32,000 nucleotides of DNA from Candidatus Thorarchaeota archaeon. Lineage in GTDB: Archaea > Asgardarchaeota > Heimdallarchaeia > Hodarchaeales > Hodarchaeaceae. Below, piece by piece: positions 1 to 7,916 of this stretch. The notes beneath the pieces were generated by a model, which worked only from the letters and a program-made list of their open reading frames with translations, searched no databases and was not told where the DNA came from. Where the stretch lies: assembly GCA_048882505.1 (NCBI GenBank), contig JBHLRO010000003.1:60001-92000 (forward strand), written 5' to 3'. The stretch's first letter is position 1, and each line of letters opens with the position of its first letter. Made by a program: the position numbers and the translations under genes.

Positions 1-445
1 CCTCTGCAACCTTTATGGCCTTCTCATTCCATTCTATTTGCTTGATTGGATCTTTTTCAACTATTGCCATCATATGGAGGGCGTCTACTTCCAAAAATTC
101 CTCTTTAAAATTCCTTGCCAAGTGTACAGCCTTTTCAAAACAGTTTTTGGCTTTTTCAAAGTCTTTACTAGAATTATATGTTCTCCCCCTCTCTAAGTAA
201 TATCGTACTCTAACTTTGGCGGAAATATCATGGTTTAAAACCTCTTCCACTTCATCAAGTATCCCATGTGCTTCATCGAAGTTATATTCCAAACCAAATG
301 TTCGTGCGATTTGAGTCTGAATTTCATATACGATATTAAAGGCCTGGGAATCCCGAGCATGTTCTAGATGGACAAGAAATTTCTGTCGGGTTTGACCTGG
401 TTCAGAGAAATTCCAATCCTTGATAAAATCATGATAGGGGCTCAT
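1..445 (-). CDS. TPR-repeat protein (5' part, runs off the window edge; absent from the ORF track)
   Basis: Manual translation from ATG at 445 gives MSPYHDFIKDWNFSEPGQTRQKF...IQTQIARTFGLEYNFDEAHGILDEV...RVRYYLERGRTYNSSKDFEKAKNCFEKA...VDALHMMAIVEKDPIKQIEWNEKAIKVAE. The frame is open to position 1 and has the helical TPR-like pattern of a widespread family (QIART..L...FDEAH / RYxLERGRTxNSS / DAxHMxAI). Confidence 0.85.
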   Translation of the reverse strand, partial: MSPYHDFIKDWNFSEPGQTRQKFLVHLEHARDSQAFNIVYEIQTQIARTFGLEYNFDEAHGILDEVEEVLNHDISAKVRVRYYLERGRTYNSSKDFEKAKNCFEKAVHLARNFKEEFLEVDALHMMAIVEKDPIKQIEWNEKAIKVAE

Positions 446-709
446 TTCGTATCAAAAAAGCTATTTCATCAGGAGGAGTAAAGACCATTGAAACGAAGAA
501 ATTAGATGCGATTCAAGTAGTCCTTGGTGAGGGTATTTTTCACTTGAAGGATTGGCCAGAAATATCGGAAATTATCAGTTTTACAGCTGTTTAAATACAA
601 AATGAATCGCAACCAACCATTCATCCAGATTCCTCTACCTTTTGATTTCCTTGGAAAACGTCAGCAAAGGATTAATCCAATGAAGTTGATTAAAGTGGAA
701 AGCCAGAAT

Positions 710-889
710 ATGGAAGCAAACAAGGTAAAAGCGGTCGTTTACTCTGAATATGGGATTCCGGAGGTCCTTAGCTTGACGTAGGTAGAAAAATTCATAAACG
801 TTTTAGAGTTGAAGAGATAGTGAATGCCCATAGGAATCGAGGAAGGACATAAAAGGGGGCATATCGTAATCCAAGGCTTCTATGGGTAA
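710..889 (+). pseudogene. Internally deleted MDR-family (zinc-type alcohol dehydrogenase-like/quinone) oxidoreductase remnant
   Basis: The N-terminus MEANKVKAVVYSEYGIPEVLSLT*VEK (TAG at 779-781) is joined directly, in another frame, to the C-terminus IHKRFRVEEIVNAHR / EEGHKRGHIVIQ (further frameshift near 838, TAA at 887-889). Both match the terminal motifs of MDR proteins (KAvvy.eYG.pEVL / eeiv.AHry.e.Ghk.G.ivi). Confidence 0.75.
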
Positions 890-910
890 TAATATGAAGG
901 TCTTTGGAAA

Positions 911-1275
911 ATGGAAGATGCAAGAATAATACTGTCGGGATTATGGATCTCGGTTATGTTGGTCTATCTGTTTGGAGATGTAATGCGACTATATGCTGGC
1001 GATTTCACCCCTGGAGAAATTGATGGCAAACCTTTGAGCCGAGGAATGTTGATAGCAATGGCAATAATCATGTTACCCCCAATTTTTATGGTTTTCCTAT
1101 CCTTGACCTTGGATTATGCTGTGAATCGATGGGCAAATATCATTATAGCCGCGTTCTATTTTTCTTCAATCTTGTGGGTCTTCGTACATATCCAGGTGCT
1201 TATGATAGATTTTTGTTGATTATTTCTCTGGGATTTAACATAATAACTGTTTGGTGTGCATGGAGCTGGGTTTAA
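911..1275 (+). pseudogene. DUF6326-like small membrane protein, frameshifted (or a sequencing indel)
   Basis: ORF 911-1219 has the family pattern LSGLWISVMLVYLFGDVMRLY...NRWANII. The expected C-terminus (FFNLVGLRTYPGAYDRFLLIISLGFNIITVWCAWSWV*, TAA at 1273-1275) lies in a shifted frame from about 1150-1165, consistent with a 1-nt deletion. Confidence 0.75.
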
Positions 1276-1655
1276 TGTCCTCAAAGTTCTGTAAAATCTA
1301 GATACAATTGAGTCCGACATGACTCCATAGCCTTTTTTGCCAATTTACTCATTTAGGCTCACGAAATTGGGAAAAAAGATTAAACTAGCAAAGCGGACAC
1401 TTCAATCGGAAGCTAATAGATAAAATCGTGCCCAGTTGAGCCCGTTGAGCGTAGATAATACAGTTGTCCAAATTTCTGACCCTATAAGAGACTTCTATAA
1501 AAGGAAAAAGGAGAATAGCAGAGAGGGGTTGATTTCTGGTTTGCGTCAAGCTTTCGCTCCAAAGACCGAAAAATTGTGCGCGTTGAATTCTGTCGACCTT
1601 TATCTGGCATAGGGGGAATTCCTGGGATAAACCTGCTCAACTAACCGAAAAGCGA

Positions 1656-3218
1656 TCATTTCTTTTCCCAGCCCTCCACTATCTGCTGGGCCGAACTAAC
1701 ATATTTTTCCAGTTCCTCCTCAGTTCTATAAAGTTTCTTTAGAATCATTCTTTCAAACATGGTACTAAACTGTGTAAGCTCAATTCGATCACTTAACGAG
1801 GGTTCCATGTCTGAGATTTTGTTCCATTTGTCAAGATTCCGACTTAATGCCTTTTTTTCCAGCGAAATTGCGTAAGTAAGCTTTTTCAAGCCTTTTTCCT
1901 GAGAGAGGACTTCAGCCTGTGTTAAAAGTTTCTCTGCATTCTCAATATCCAATTCAAGTAATGCTAGACGTGATTGAAGTAAATAAATTTCCGCTAATAG
2001 CCAGTACGACGATTGTGACTTTGCCACCGTTAATAAACGCGTGATTACCTGTTTTAATTCTTTGAAAACTTCTTCATTCCCTGTTGCCTTTAATTCAAAA
2101 ACCAATAGCTCTCCTAGGTTTAAGAGAGCGTCTATAGTTAATTCATACCAGATTATCGATTCTTCAGCAACCTGTCGAAAAATAATTTGAGCTTCCGTCT
2201 TATCCGTAAGTCTCCCACTCGTCTTGAAGATCATTGCCCTAGCAAGACGCACCTTTTGTTCACTAACAGCAATAAACCTTTTTTTCAACGATTCTTGCAT
2301 TTCCTTGTGTATTTCCTCCCTCTCGTCGGAAGTTAGGTCTTTTACGTAGTACTTGATGGTGTTATACAAAATTTCGACTCTCATTGCATATTCTTGGATG
2401 TTTCTAGATACCTGAAGGGCTTCTTCCAGGTATTTTCTTCCCGAATCAAAATCTCCCTTCATACTATAGGCCTGGCCTATATTGTTGAGCAATCGGCTTA
2501 CGTTGAATTGAGAACCTATGGATTCAAATGCTCTTAAGCTCCTGGTAAAAAATTCCAACGCTGCATTCAATTCCCCTCTTGCGACATTAGTTGCTCCGAT
2601 TCCATTTAGAATATCCGCTGGAATCTGCTGGTTGTCAACCGCATCTAGGAGAGGTAGACTATGTCTAAAGTAGTTAAGGGCTTGATCAAGCTCGCCCTTA
2701 CTCAAATATAAATAACCTAAGCTACCGAGACATCTAACCTTCTGTTCTACGTCGTTGATTTGTTTGCTAAGACCAAAGGCCTTCTCATAATATTTAAGTG
2801 CAGAATCAGGGTTACTGGCCAAATAGTATAATCTTCCGATCTGGTAATAGAAACTGGCCTTCATTCGAAGAGTTTCAAGTTTCTGTCCTTCCAATAGACA
2901 ACTAATAATCTTCTCCTCCTCACTCGCTAGATTTAGCGCCTCTGAAACGTTACCATCTAAACGATGGGCGAGAATGAGATTGTTAAGTGCATCAAATTCC
3001 CTTGCTTTATTACTGACCCTCCTACTTTTTTCTAGTAGCTCAGTTGCGAGTTTTTTTCCTATCCCAGTTTCTCCTAAACGAAGATAAAGGGTACTTCGGA
3101 GAAATAGGGCCAAAAGTTTATCGTTTTCCCCTAAGATATTATCCAGTTGGCTGAGAGCGGTATCAAACTTTTCAAGGAGGCTGATTTCCTCTTTCTGATG
3201 AAAATAATGCTCAAACAA
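1656..3218 (-). CDS. TPR-repeat protein of the Asgard/Heimdallarchaeia type
   Basis: 520 aa with several canonical TPRs (LGSLGYLYLSKGELDQALNYFRHSL; LNGIGATNVARGELNAALEFFTRSL; LNNIGQAYSMKGDFDSGRKYLEEAL). The helical C-terminal region reads LLAEIYLLQSRLALLELDIENAEKLLTQA. Confidence 0.9.
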   Translation of the reverse strand: MFEHYFHQKEEISLLEKFDTALSQLDNILGENDKLLALFLRSTLYLRLGETGIGKKLATELLEKSRRVSNKAREFDALNNLILAHRLDGNVSEALNLASEEEKIISCLLEGQKLETLRMKASFYYQIGRLYYLASNPDSALKYYEKAFGLSKQINDVEQKVRCLGSLGYLYLSKGELDQALNYFRHSLPLLDAVDNQQIPADILNGIGATNVARGELNAALEFFTRSLRAFESIGSQFNVSRLLNNIGQAYSMKGDFDSGRKYLEEALQVSRNIQEYAMRVEILYNTIKYYVKDLTSDEREEIHKEMQESLKKRFIAVSEQKVRLARAMIFKTSGRLTDKTEAQIIFRQVAEESIIWYELTIDALLNLGELLVFELKATGNEEVFKELKQVITRLLTVAKSQSSYWLLAEIYLLQSRLALLELDIENAEKLLTQAEVLSQEKGLKKLTYAISLEKKALSRNLDKWNKISDMEPSLSDRIELTQFSTMFERMILKKLYRTEEELEKYVSSAQQIVEGWEKK

Positions 3219-3439
3219 GGCTTCAATCCTCTCTTTACGGTGTTTTAAGTTTCCAAGCCTTCACGGTAACGAACGAGAGATTTCCTAAAACTTCAAGTTT
3301 ACATTTGAATATTAGCCTGAGGATATGATATAAACTATTCACGTAGGGGAATCAGGATTTTTGGGTCCATATGAGTTTCGATTAATCTTCCCAATCCCAA
3401 CATCTACTATCATCTTTTATCCATTTTTCGCTTAAGATA

Positions 3440-4255
3440 TTACGATTTGTTGAACACACGATTTAAACACTTGATTTTGTTAAGTAATGACTCAGGAATG
3501 TTTGGATTCGAAAAACTGAGGTTTAACAAGTCTTTAAGCGCGCATCGAAACTGCTCAACAAAGTCTTCAGAACTGGAATCCACGGAAGCGAATTCCTCAA
3601 GAGCTGAAGGGAGTAACCTGCAATTGGTCTCATTTAAAAACGCCATCGTTTGATTGAGATTTGCCTCTAGGGCCTGGTACTCAGTTGGATAAAAATTTCC
3701 CATATAATCGGTATCACAATAGTAGAGGAACCCGATCTCCGACTTCAACCAGTGATTATGGTTGTAGTCAAGAAGAATCCTGGACTTCGAAGCGAGATTT
3801 ACAATATCCAAAAGATTTACAATATCCACTTTTTCAGAGAATTCACAAACAGGATAAAATAGAAATTGTTGAAGAGTAATAAAGTATTTCTCGGTATTAA
3901 TGAATAGAGTGGGAGGATAATGATCGCCTAGGGTGGTGATAAGTTGTTCTATCCTTTGTTTTTGATATGCGGGGAGATTTAGGCCAAGGGTTTGGGACGG
4001 GTCCGGCTGAAGACTGCAACGCATTGCATAATGAGCGCACATATCATGGAACGGGGCCTCAAGGACAGTAACAGCCTTTACCAATCCATAATCGGGACGT
4101 GTGACCCTATAAAAGGAGTAGATTCTATGAAGCACATTTAGCGGCGAAAAAAAATCATCTAGTAAGGCAATTACTTCTTTTTGGTCTATATCGGCATTGA
4201 AGGGCCATTGGTGCTTGGTAATCTCAACAGGAAAACCAAACATCTCTGGGTGCAT
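3440..4255 (-). CDS. Hypothetical protein, probable atypical protein-kinase-like fold
   Basis: 271-aa ORF. The motif order HYAMRCS / RIEQLITTLGDHYPPTLF / YFITLQQFL / LASKSRILLDYNHNHWL / FLYYCDTDYMG parallels beta3, alphaC-beta4, hinge, catalytic loop and Mg-binding loop. The fold call is inference. Confidence 0.6.
   Translation of the reverse strand: MHPEMFGFPVEITKHQWPFNADIDQKEVIALLDDFFSPLNVLHRIYSFYRVTRPDYGLVKAVTVLEAPFHDMCAHYAMRCSLQPDPSQTLGLNLPAYQKQRIEQLITTLGDHYPPTLFINTEKYFITLQQFLFYPVCEFSEKVDIVNLLDIVNLASKSRILLDYNHNHWLKSEIGFLYYCDTDYMGNFYPTEYQALEANLNQTMAFLNETNCRLLPSALEEFASVDSSSEDFVEQFRCALKDLLNLSFSNPNIPESLLNKIKCLNRVFNKS
3795..3828. repeat. Tandem direct repeat, 2 x 16 bp, period 18 (in-frame DIVNL duplication)
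   Basis: AGATTTACAATATCCA at 3795-3810 and 3813-3828; the protein reads VDIVNL-LDIVNL. Confidence 0.9.
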
Positions 4256-4682
4256 TTACAAGACCGGATTATAATAGTATTTAAGAAAGTACTCGATTAT
4301 ACTGTTATATCTTGAGTCTTTTTTTCTTTGATTAATATTCGACCCAGAAAATTGGGGATGAATTATTAAGAAATTGTCCCCGTGGGAATTTAATTCTCAT
4401 ACTGAGGAAGGAGCCGTCAGTTATCATCATTACTTGTTCCATTACATTGGACATAACTTGCATCGTTAAATACATTGAAATGATTAACATATTGCGTTAA
4501 ATTCTAATTTCTACCGACCATGGATAGCCTTGGCTATTCAAGATGGCATCTTGTTAAATATATGTCGAAGAAAACTGATTCCTGTATCACATGTTTTATT
4601 CATGATGGTTGGTAAGGTTCATAAGTGAAATATTCCTCATTGAATTTTTTAAAGTGGACCAAATACACTTGTTCGGTTCTTA

Positions 4683-5585
4683 TTGGAAAGGGTACCAATC
4701 AACTTAGGTGACGGAAATTTAGTTTTAAAGGAAGTCGATTCCCTGAAAAGTCTCGCTATCCTGTCTCATAAGGGCGGTGTTGGAAAAACAAGTATTGCTG
4801 TTAACTTAGGTTGCCATCTCGCCAAAATTGGAAAAAATGTCATCATTCTTGATAACGATTTTTCTGGGCCATCGCTAGTAACTTTTTTTCAAAAGAATAC
4901 CTCCGTAAATTGGTTAAACGATTATTTAATGACAGGAGAAAATCTAGATCTTTGTCTTCAAGATGTATCACCCTCATTGGACTTATCAGGTAGGCTGTAT
5001 GTCGGTTTTGCTGATCCAACTCCCGAACGGATTCAAACCATTATTCGAATTGATCAAAAAACCTCCATTGCAATGTTAAGACATCTAATCACCCTAAAAA
5101 AGGCCGTCCGATCTCCGCCATACGATATTGACTACTTAATTGTAGATTGTTCTCCAGGGACAGGGTATAGCACAGTAAATGTCATATTGACCACAGATTC
5201 AAGCTTATTTATTGTCAAATTAAGTAATGCTGACCTTTATGGCACATCTCAAATGATTTCGGGGCTTTACACACAATTGAAGAACCGGACCCTGGTTCTT
5301 GCCAATCTAATACCAAGTAACGTGCTAGTTTCAGGAAACTTATCCCTTATTGAACAACTGATTGAGAAACGATTTACTCAAGAGGTTGGTGACAAAGTTG
5401 TGGAGTTTTTAGGTTGGATTCCGACAGATCTAGAACTTCAAACAGTTGAATTTAATGAAGCGGTGAAGAGCCTTAAGGAACAACCTTCTCAAAGAAATAT
5501 TTTCACGTTGCATAATCCTTCACACATCTTTTCAAGAATTCTGATTGATTTAATTCCGACACTATTTGGAGAGGAAGGCTACTGA
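4683..5585 (+). CDS. MinD/ParA-family (SIMIBI) ATPase
   Basis: Deviant Walker A SHKGGVGKTS, then ILDNDFSGPSL, FADP, and switch II YLIVDCSPGTG. The start may be TTG 4683 or CTG 4743. Confidence 0.92.
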   Translation: MERVPINLGDGNLVLKEVDSLKSLAILSHKGGVGKTSIAVNLGCHLAKIGKNVIILDNDFSGPSLVTFFQKNTSVNWLNDYLMTGENLDLCLQDVSPSLDLSGRLYVGFADPTPERIQTIIRIDQKTSIAMLRHLITLKKAVRSPPYDIDYLIVDCSPGTGYSTVNVILTTDSSLFIVKLSNADLYGTSQMISGLYTQLKNRTLVLANLIPSNVLVSGNLSLIEQLIEKRFTQEVGDKVVEFLGWIPTDLELQTVEFNEAVKSLKEQPSQRNIFTLHNPSHIFSRILIDLIPTLFGEEGY

Positions 5586-6220
5586 TCGTTTATGCAGTCT
5601 ATTTTATTCTGGAAGACGGTAGAACCATCCTTTCCGAAACTTACCAGAATCCTGATAATATACCGAATGAGGTGTTATTTGGAGGCTTGATTACGGCACT
5701 ACAGCACGTGGCAGCGGCCATGACACAAAATAAATCTGAAATGCGGACGATAGAAATTGAAGGATTAAGTTACCACATCAGGTCATTTGGTCTTGTTAGG
5801 GTAATTCTAGTTACTGATTTTTCTCAATCCCCTGAGACAATCATCCAAACGCTCGGGATGAGGTTCTTGAAGATTTATGGAGAACGCTTGTTATCAGATG
5901 AGATCTTGCTTGATCTTAACATCTTCCTACCATTCAAGAAAGTGATTTCTGAAATTCTAGGAGAGGAAATCGTCGACGGATCGAAATCCATAGTTCCTAG
6001 TAAGGCCTTAACAACGGGCGAGATTTACAGTCTTCCTCATGAACTTCAGGACGCTGCTCTAGCCTTGATTTCTCTCGGAGAGGCTGATGTCGCAACGATT
6101 GCTACAGAATGTCAAGCTACCCCTGATTTAGCTTTTAAAAAGTTAAAAAGACTCCAAGAGCTAGGTTATATTGGGAAAAAGGATATTGGTGGCCAAATGG
6201 TGTTCTTTTGCTCGATCTGA
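5582..6220 (+). CDS. Longin-like domain fused to a C-terminal winged HTH; probable CTG start overlapping the MinD stop
   Basis: The frame is open upstream of the GTG at 5672: (L)IVYAVYFILEDGRTILSETY...NEVLFGGLITALQ...TIEIEGLSYHIRSFGLVRVILV, a longin beta-beta-alpha-beta-beta-beta pattern. The C-terminus ELQDAALALISLGEADVATIATECQATPDLAFKKLKRLQELGYIGKK is TrmB-like wHTH. Confidence 0.8.
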   Translation: MIVYAVYFILEDGRTILSETYQNPDNIPNEVLFGGLITALQHVAAAMTQNKSEMRTIEIEGLSYHIRSFGLVRVILVTDFSQSPETIIQTLGMRFLKIYGERLLSDEILLDLNIFLPFKKVISEILGEEIVDGSKSIVPSKALTTGEIYSLPHELQDAALALISLGEADVATIATECQATPDLAFKKLKRLQELGYIGKKDIGGQMVFFCSI

Positions 6221-6318
6221 ACTCTAAGCTTCCAAAAAAGATGCTTTTTACTATATACGGCAATTTTCTTCGTATATAGAATGCCATTTGGAAAACGATG
6301 TAAGAGCATCCTAAGGAT

Positions 6319-7287
6319 TTAGTGCAGCTTTGGACGTTGACGTTTGCTCCCCGTCCGTTCATGAACCAAATCATCTCTGAATCCTTCTTTTCCAATGTAC
6401 ATAGATTCAGAAAAAAGCTCACATGGATAGATATCCATCGTTCGATCTTTCAAAAACCCACGAAGGTGATGGGGCAAATAGCCCACGATATTGGTAATTA
6501 TTTCTTCAACATCCACTCGCAGACGATAATTTCTACGGAAAAAGCTGGTTATATTTATGAGATCCGTCCTAAGAAACCTTACAGCCCTATCTATGCGTAT
6601 TCGGATTGGAGTTTCAACAAAGGTTTTGCTGTTGTATTGAACAGACTGACTTACATCCATTGTAACTAATTTTCCCTCTGAATTCACCATTAAGTTGTGT
6701 TCGCTGTAGTCTCCATGGATATATTTTCCATTGATAAATAAACGAGCTAGGATATCAATTGCTTCATCTAAGAAATCTCCAGGATCACCAAATGTTCGTA
6801 AATCGTAATCTTTGAGAAGAGGGGCAGGATTATACGATCCTCTCTTTTCTGGAATGAACTCCATCACGATAATATTGTCATTTAGAAAGTGAGGTTTGGG
6901 TGCAAGAACGTGTTTTGCCATTTCGGACAGGTTCCAAAACTCTTGCTTGGCTGCCAGGCAGGCCATATCGTTAGGTCGCACATGCTTGGTTCCCCGAATT
7001 CGCTTCTTAATTGTGCTAGTAAAATACCGAAAAACCTTACCACACGATAACTGACCATTCTGGTTCTCTGCTAAAAGGACAGTTGCTTCCTTTCCTCCTC
7101 CGATGACCGAGAGTACCTTCTTTATTTTTCCTGTTGCGAGCAGCTGCGCTTTAGCGTCCGCGATGCGGACTTCCTGCAACTGCGTCCTTTGTATAGAAGA
7201 ATGCCGGTATTCTTGCCGAAACGGCCCCGTTTTCTGATAACGCGTATAACCTAATCTTTGATTATGATCAGAGGATATTAGAACCAC
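6319..7287 (-). CDS. rio1: RIO1-family atypical Ser/Thr kinase
   Basis: IGGGKEATV P-loop, CGKVF, AKQEFWNL, VMEFI hinge, HGDYSEHNLMV catalytic loop and MDVSQSV. Confidence 0.92.
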   Translation of the reverse strand: MVLISSDHNQRLGYTRYQKTGPFRQEYRHSSIQRTQLQEVRIADAKAQLLATGKIKKVLSVIGGGKEATVLLAENQNGQLSCGKVFRYFTSTIKKRIRGTKHVRPNDMACLAAKQEFWNLSEMAKHVLAPKPHFLNDNIIVMEFIPEKRGSYNPAPLLKDYDLRTFGDPGDFLDEAIDILARLFINGKYIHGDYSEHNLMVNSEGKLVTMDVSQSVQYNSKTFVETPIRIRIDRAVRFLRTDLINITSFFRRNYRLRVDVEEIITNIVGYLPHHLRGFLKDRTMDIYPCELFSESMYIGKEGFRDDLVHERTGSKRQRPKLH

Positions 7288-7654
7288 CTGAAATTTAGAT
7301 AACTCTTTTTAAGTTCACCTGCAAACCATTCACCTATAAAGAATGGTGAGGTTATTTCACAAGATGTTGTATTGTGCTAGATTTAAAAATATTACTCTTT
7401 TATATAATCTATGATTCTGAAACGGGAGGCCCTCTTATTATACCGAAAAACAACAAATTAGGCATCAATTCCAGTCTTTTATAAGCAGTCGTACCATCGA
7501 ATGATACCCTAAGACCCCAGAAGGGCGTCTCCATCGGTGTTGGAATCTTGTTTCGTGCGACTCTAGGAATCCTGATCGGATCCTATTGCGAAGAGAGCAA
7601 ACCCTCATTCCGTAGACTGCGCTAAGGCAAAATTAATTTACTAAAGCGATCCAA

Positions 7655-7810
7655 TCACGGTGTCTGACAACCCTTACGCACACAAATTCGTTCCCAATTA
7701 TCTTCAATACACTCATTGGTACTCAGGCACCTCCATTTAGTTGGATCAAAGCTACTTCTCAATGGGAGATAGGTTTCATTGAGATTACGCCAGCCTCCCT
7801 TTAATTCCAT
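7655..7810 (-). CDS. Possible small Cys/Trp-rich protein (51 aa)
   Basis: MELKGGWRNLNETYLPLRSSFDPTKWRCLSTNECIEDNWERICVRKGCQTP. It is co-oriented with both neighbours and fills an otherwise empty gap. No family recognised. Confidence 0.35.
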   Translation of the reverse strand: MELKGGWRNLNETYLPLRSSFDPTKWRCLSTNECIEDNWERICVRKGCQTP

Positions 7811-7916
7811 AAATAGCTTTCTATAATGGCGAGAAAGTATTGAATAAACAGGCATTTTGGGGATTAATTCTCGAAACGCTCAATCCGGGGAATATGTTCT
7901 TTTCTCTTCCCCCTAT

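Noticed and set aside
15-200. 61-aa plus-strand ORF
   Set aside because: It is the antisense shadow of the real minus-strand TPR gene (1-445).
1276-1655. Intergenic region with a small hairpin (GAGTC-CGACAT-GACTC) and a T-run
   Set aside because: It is compatible with ordinary termination between convergent genes. I recognise no RNA-gene or IS-end signature.
7422-7470. GCCTCCCGT and GCCTAA on the minus strand, reminiscent of the Moco/Wco RNA motif
   Set aside because: The 5' elements needed to close P1/P2 are not present, and the downstream gene (rio1) is unrelated to Mo/W cofactors.
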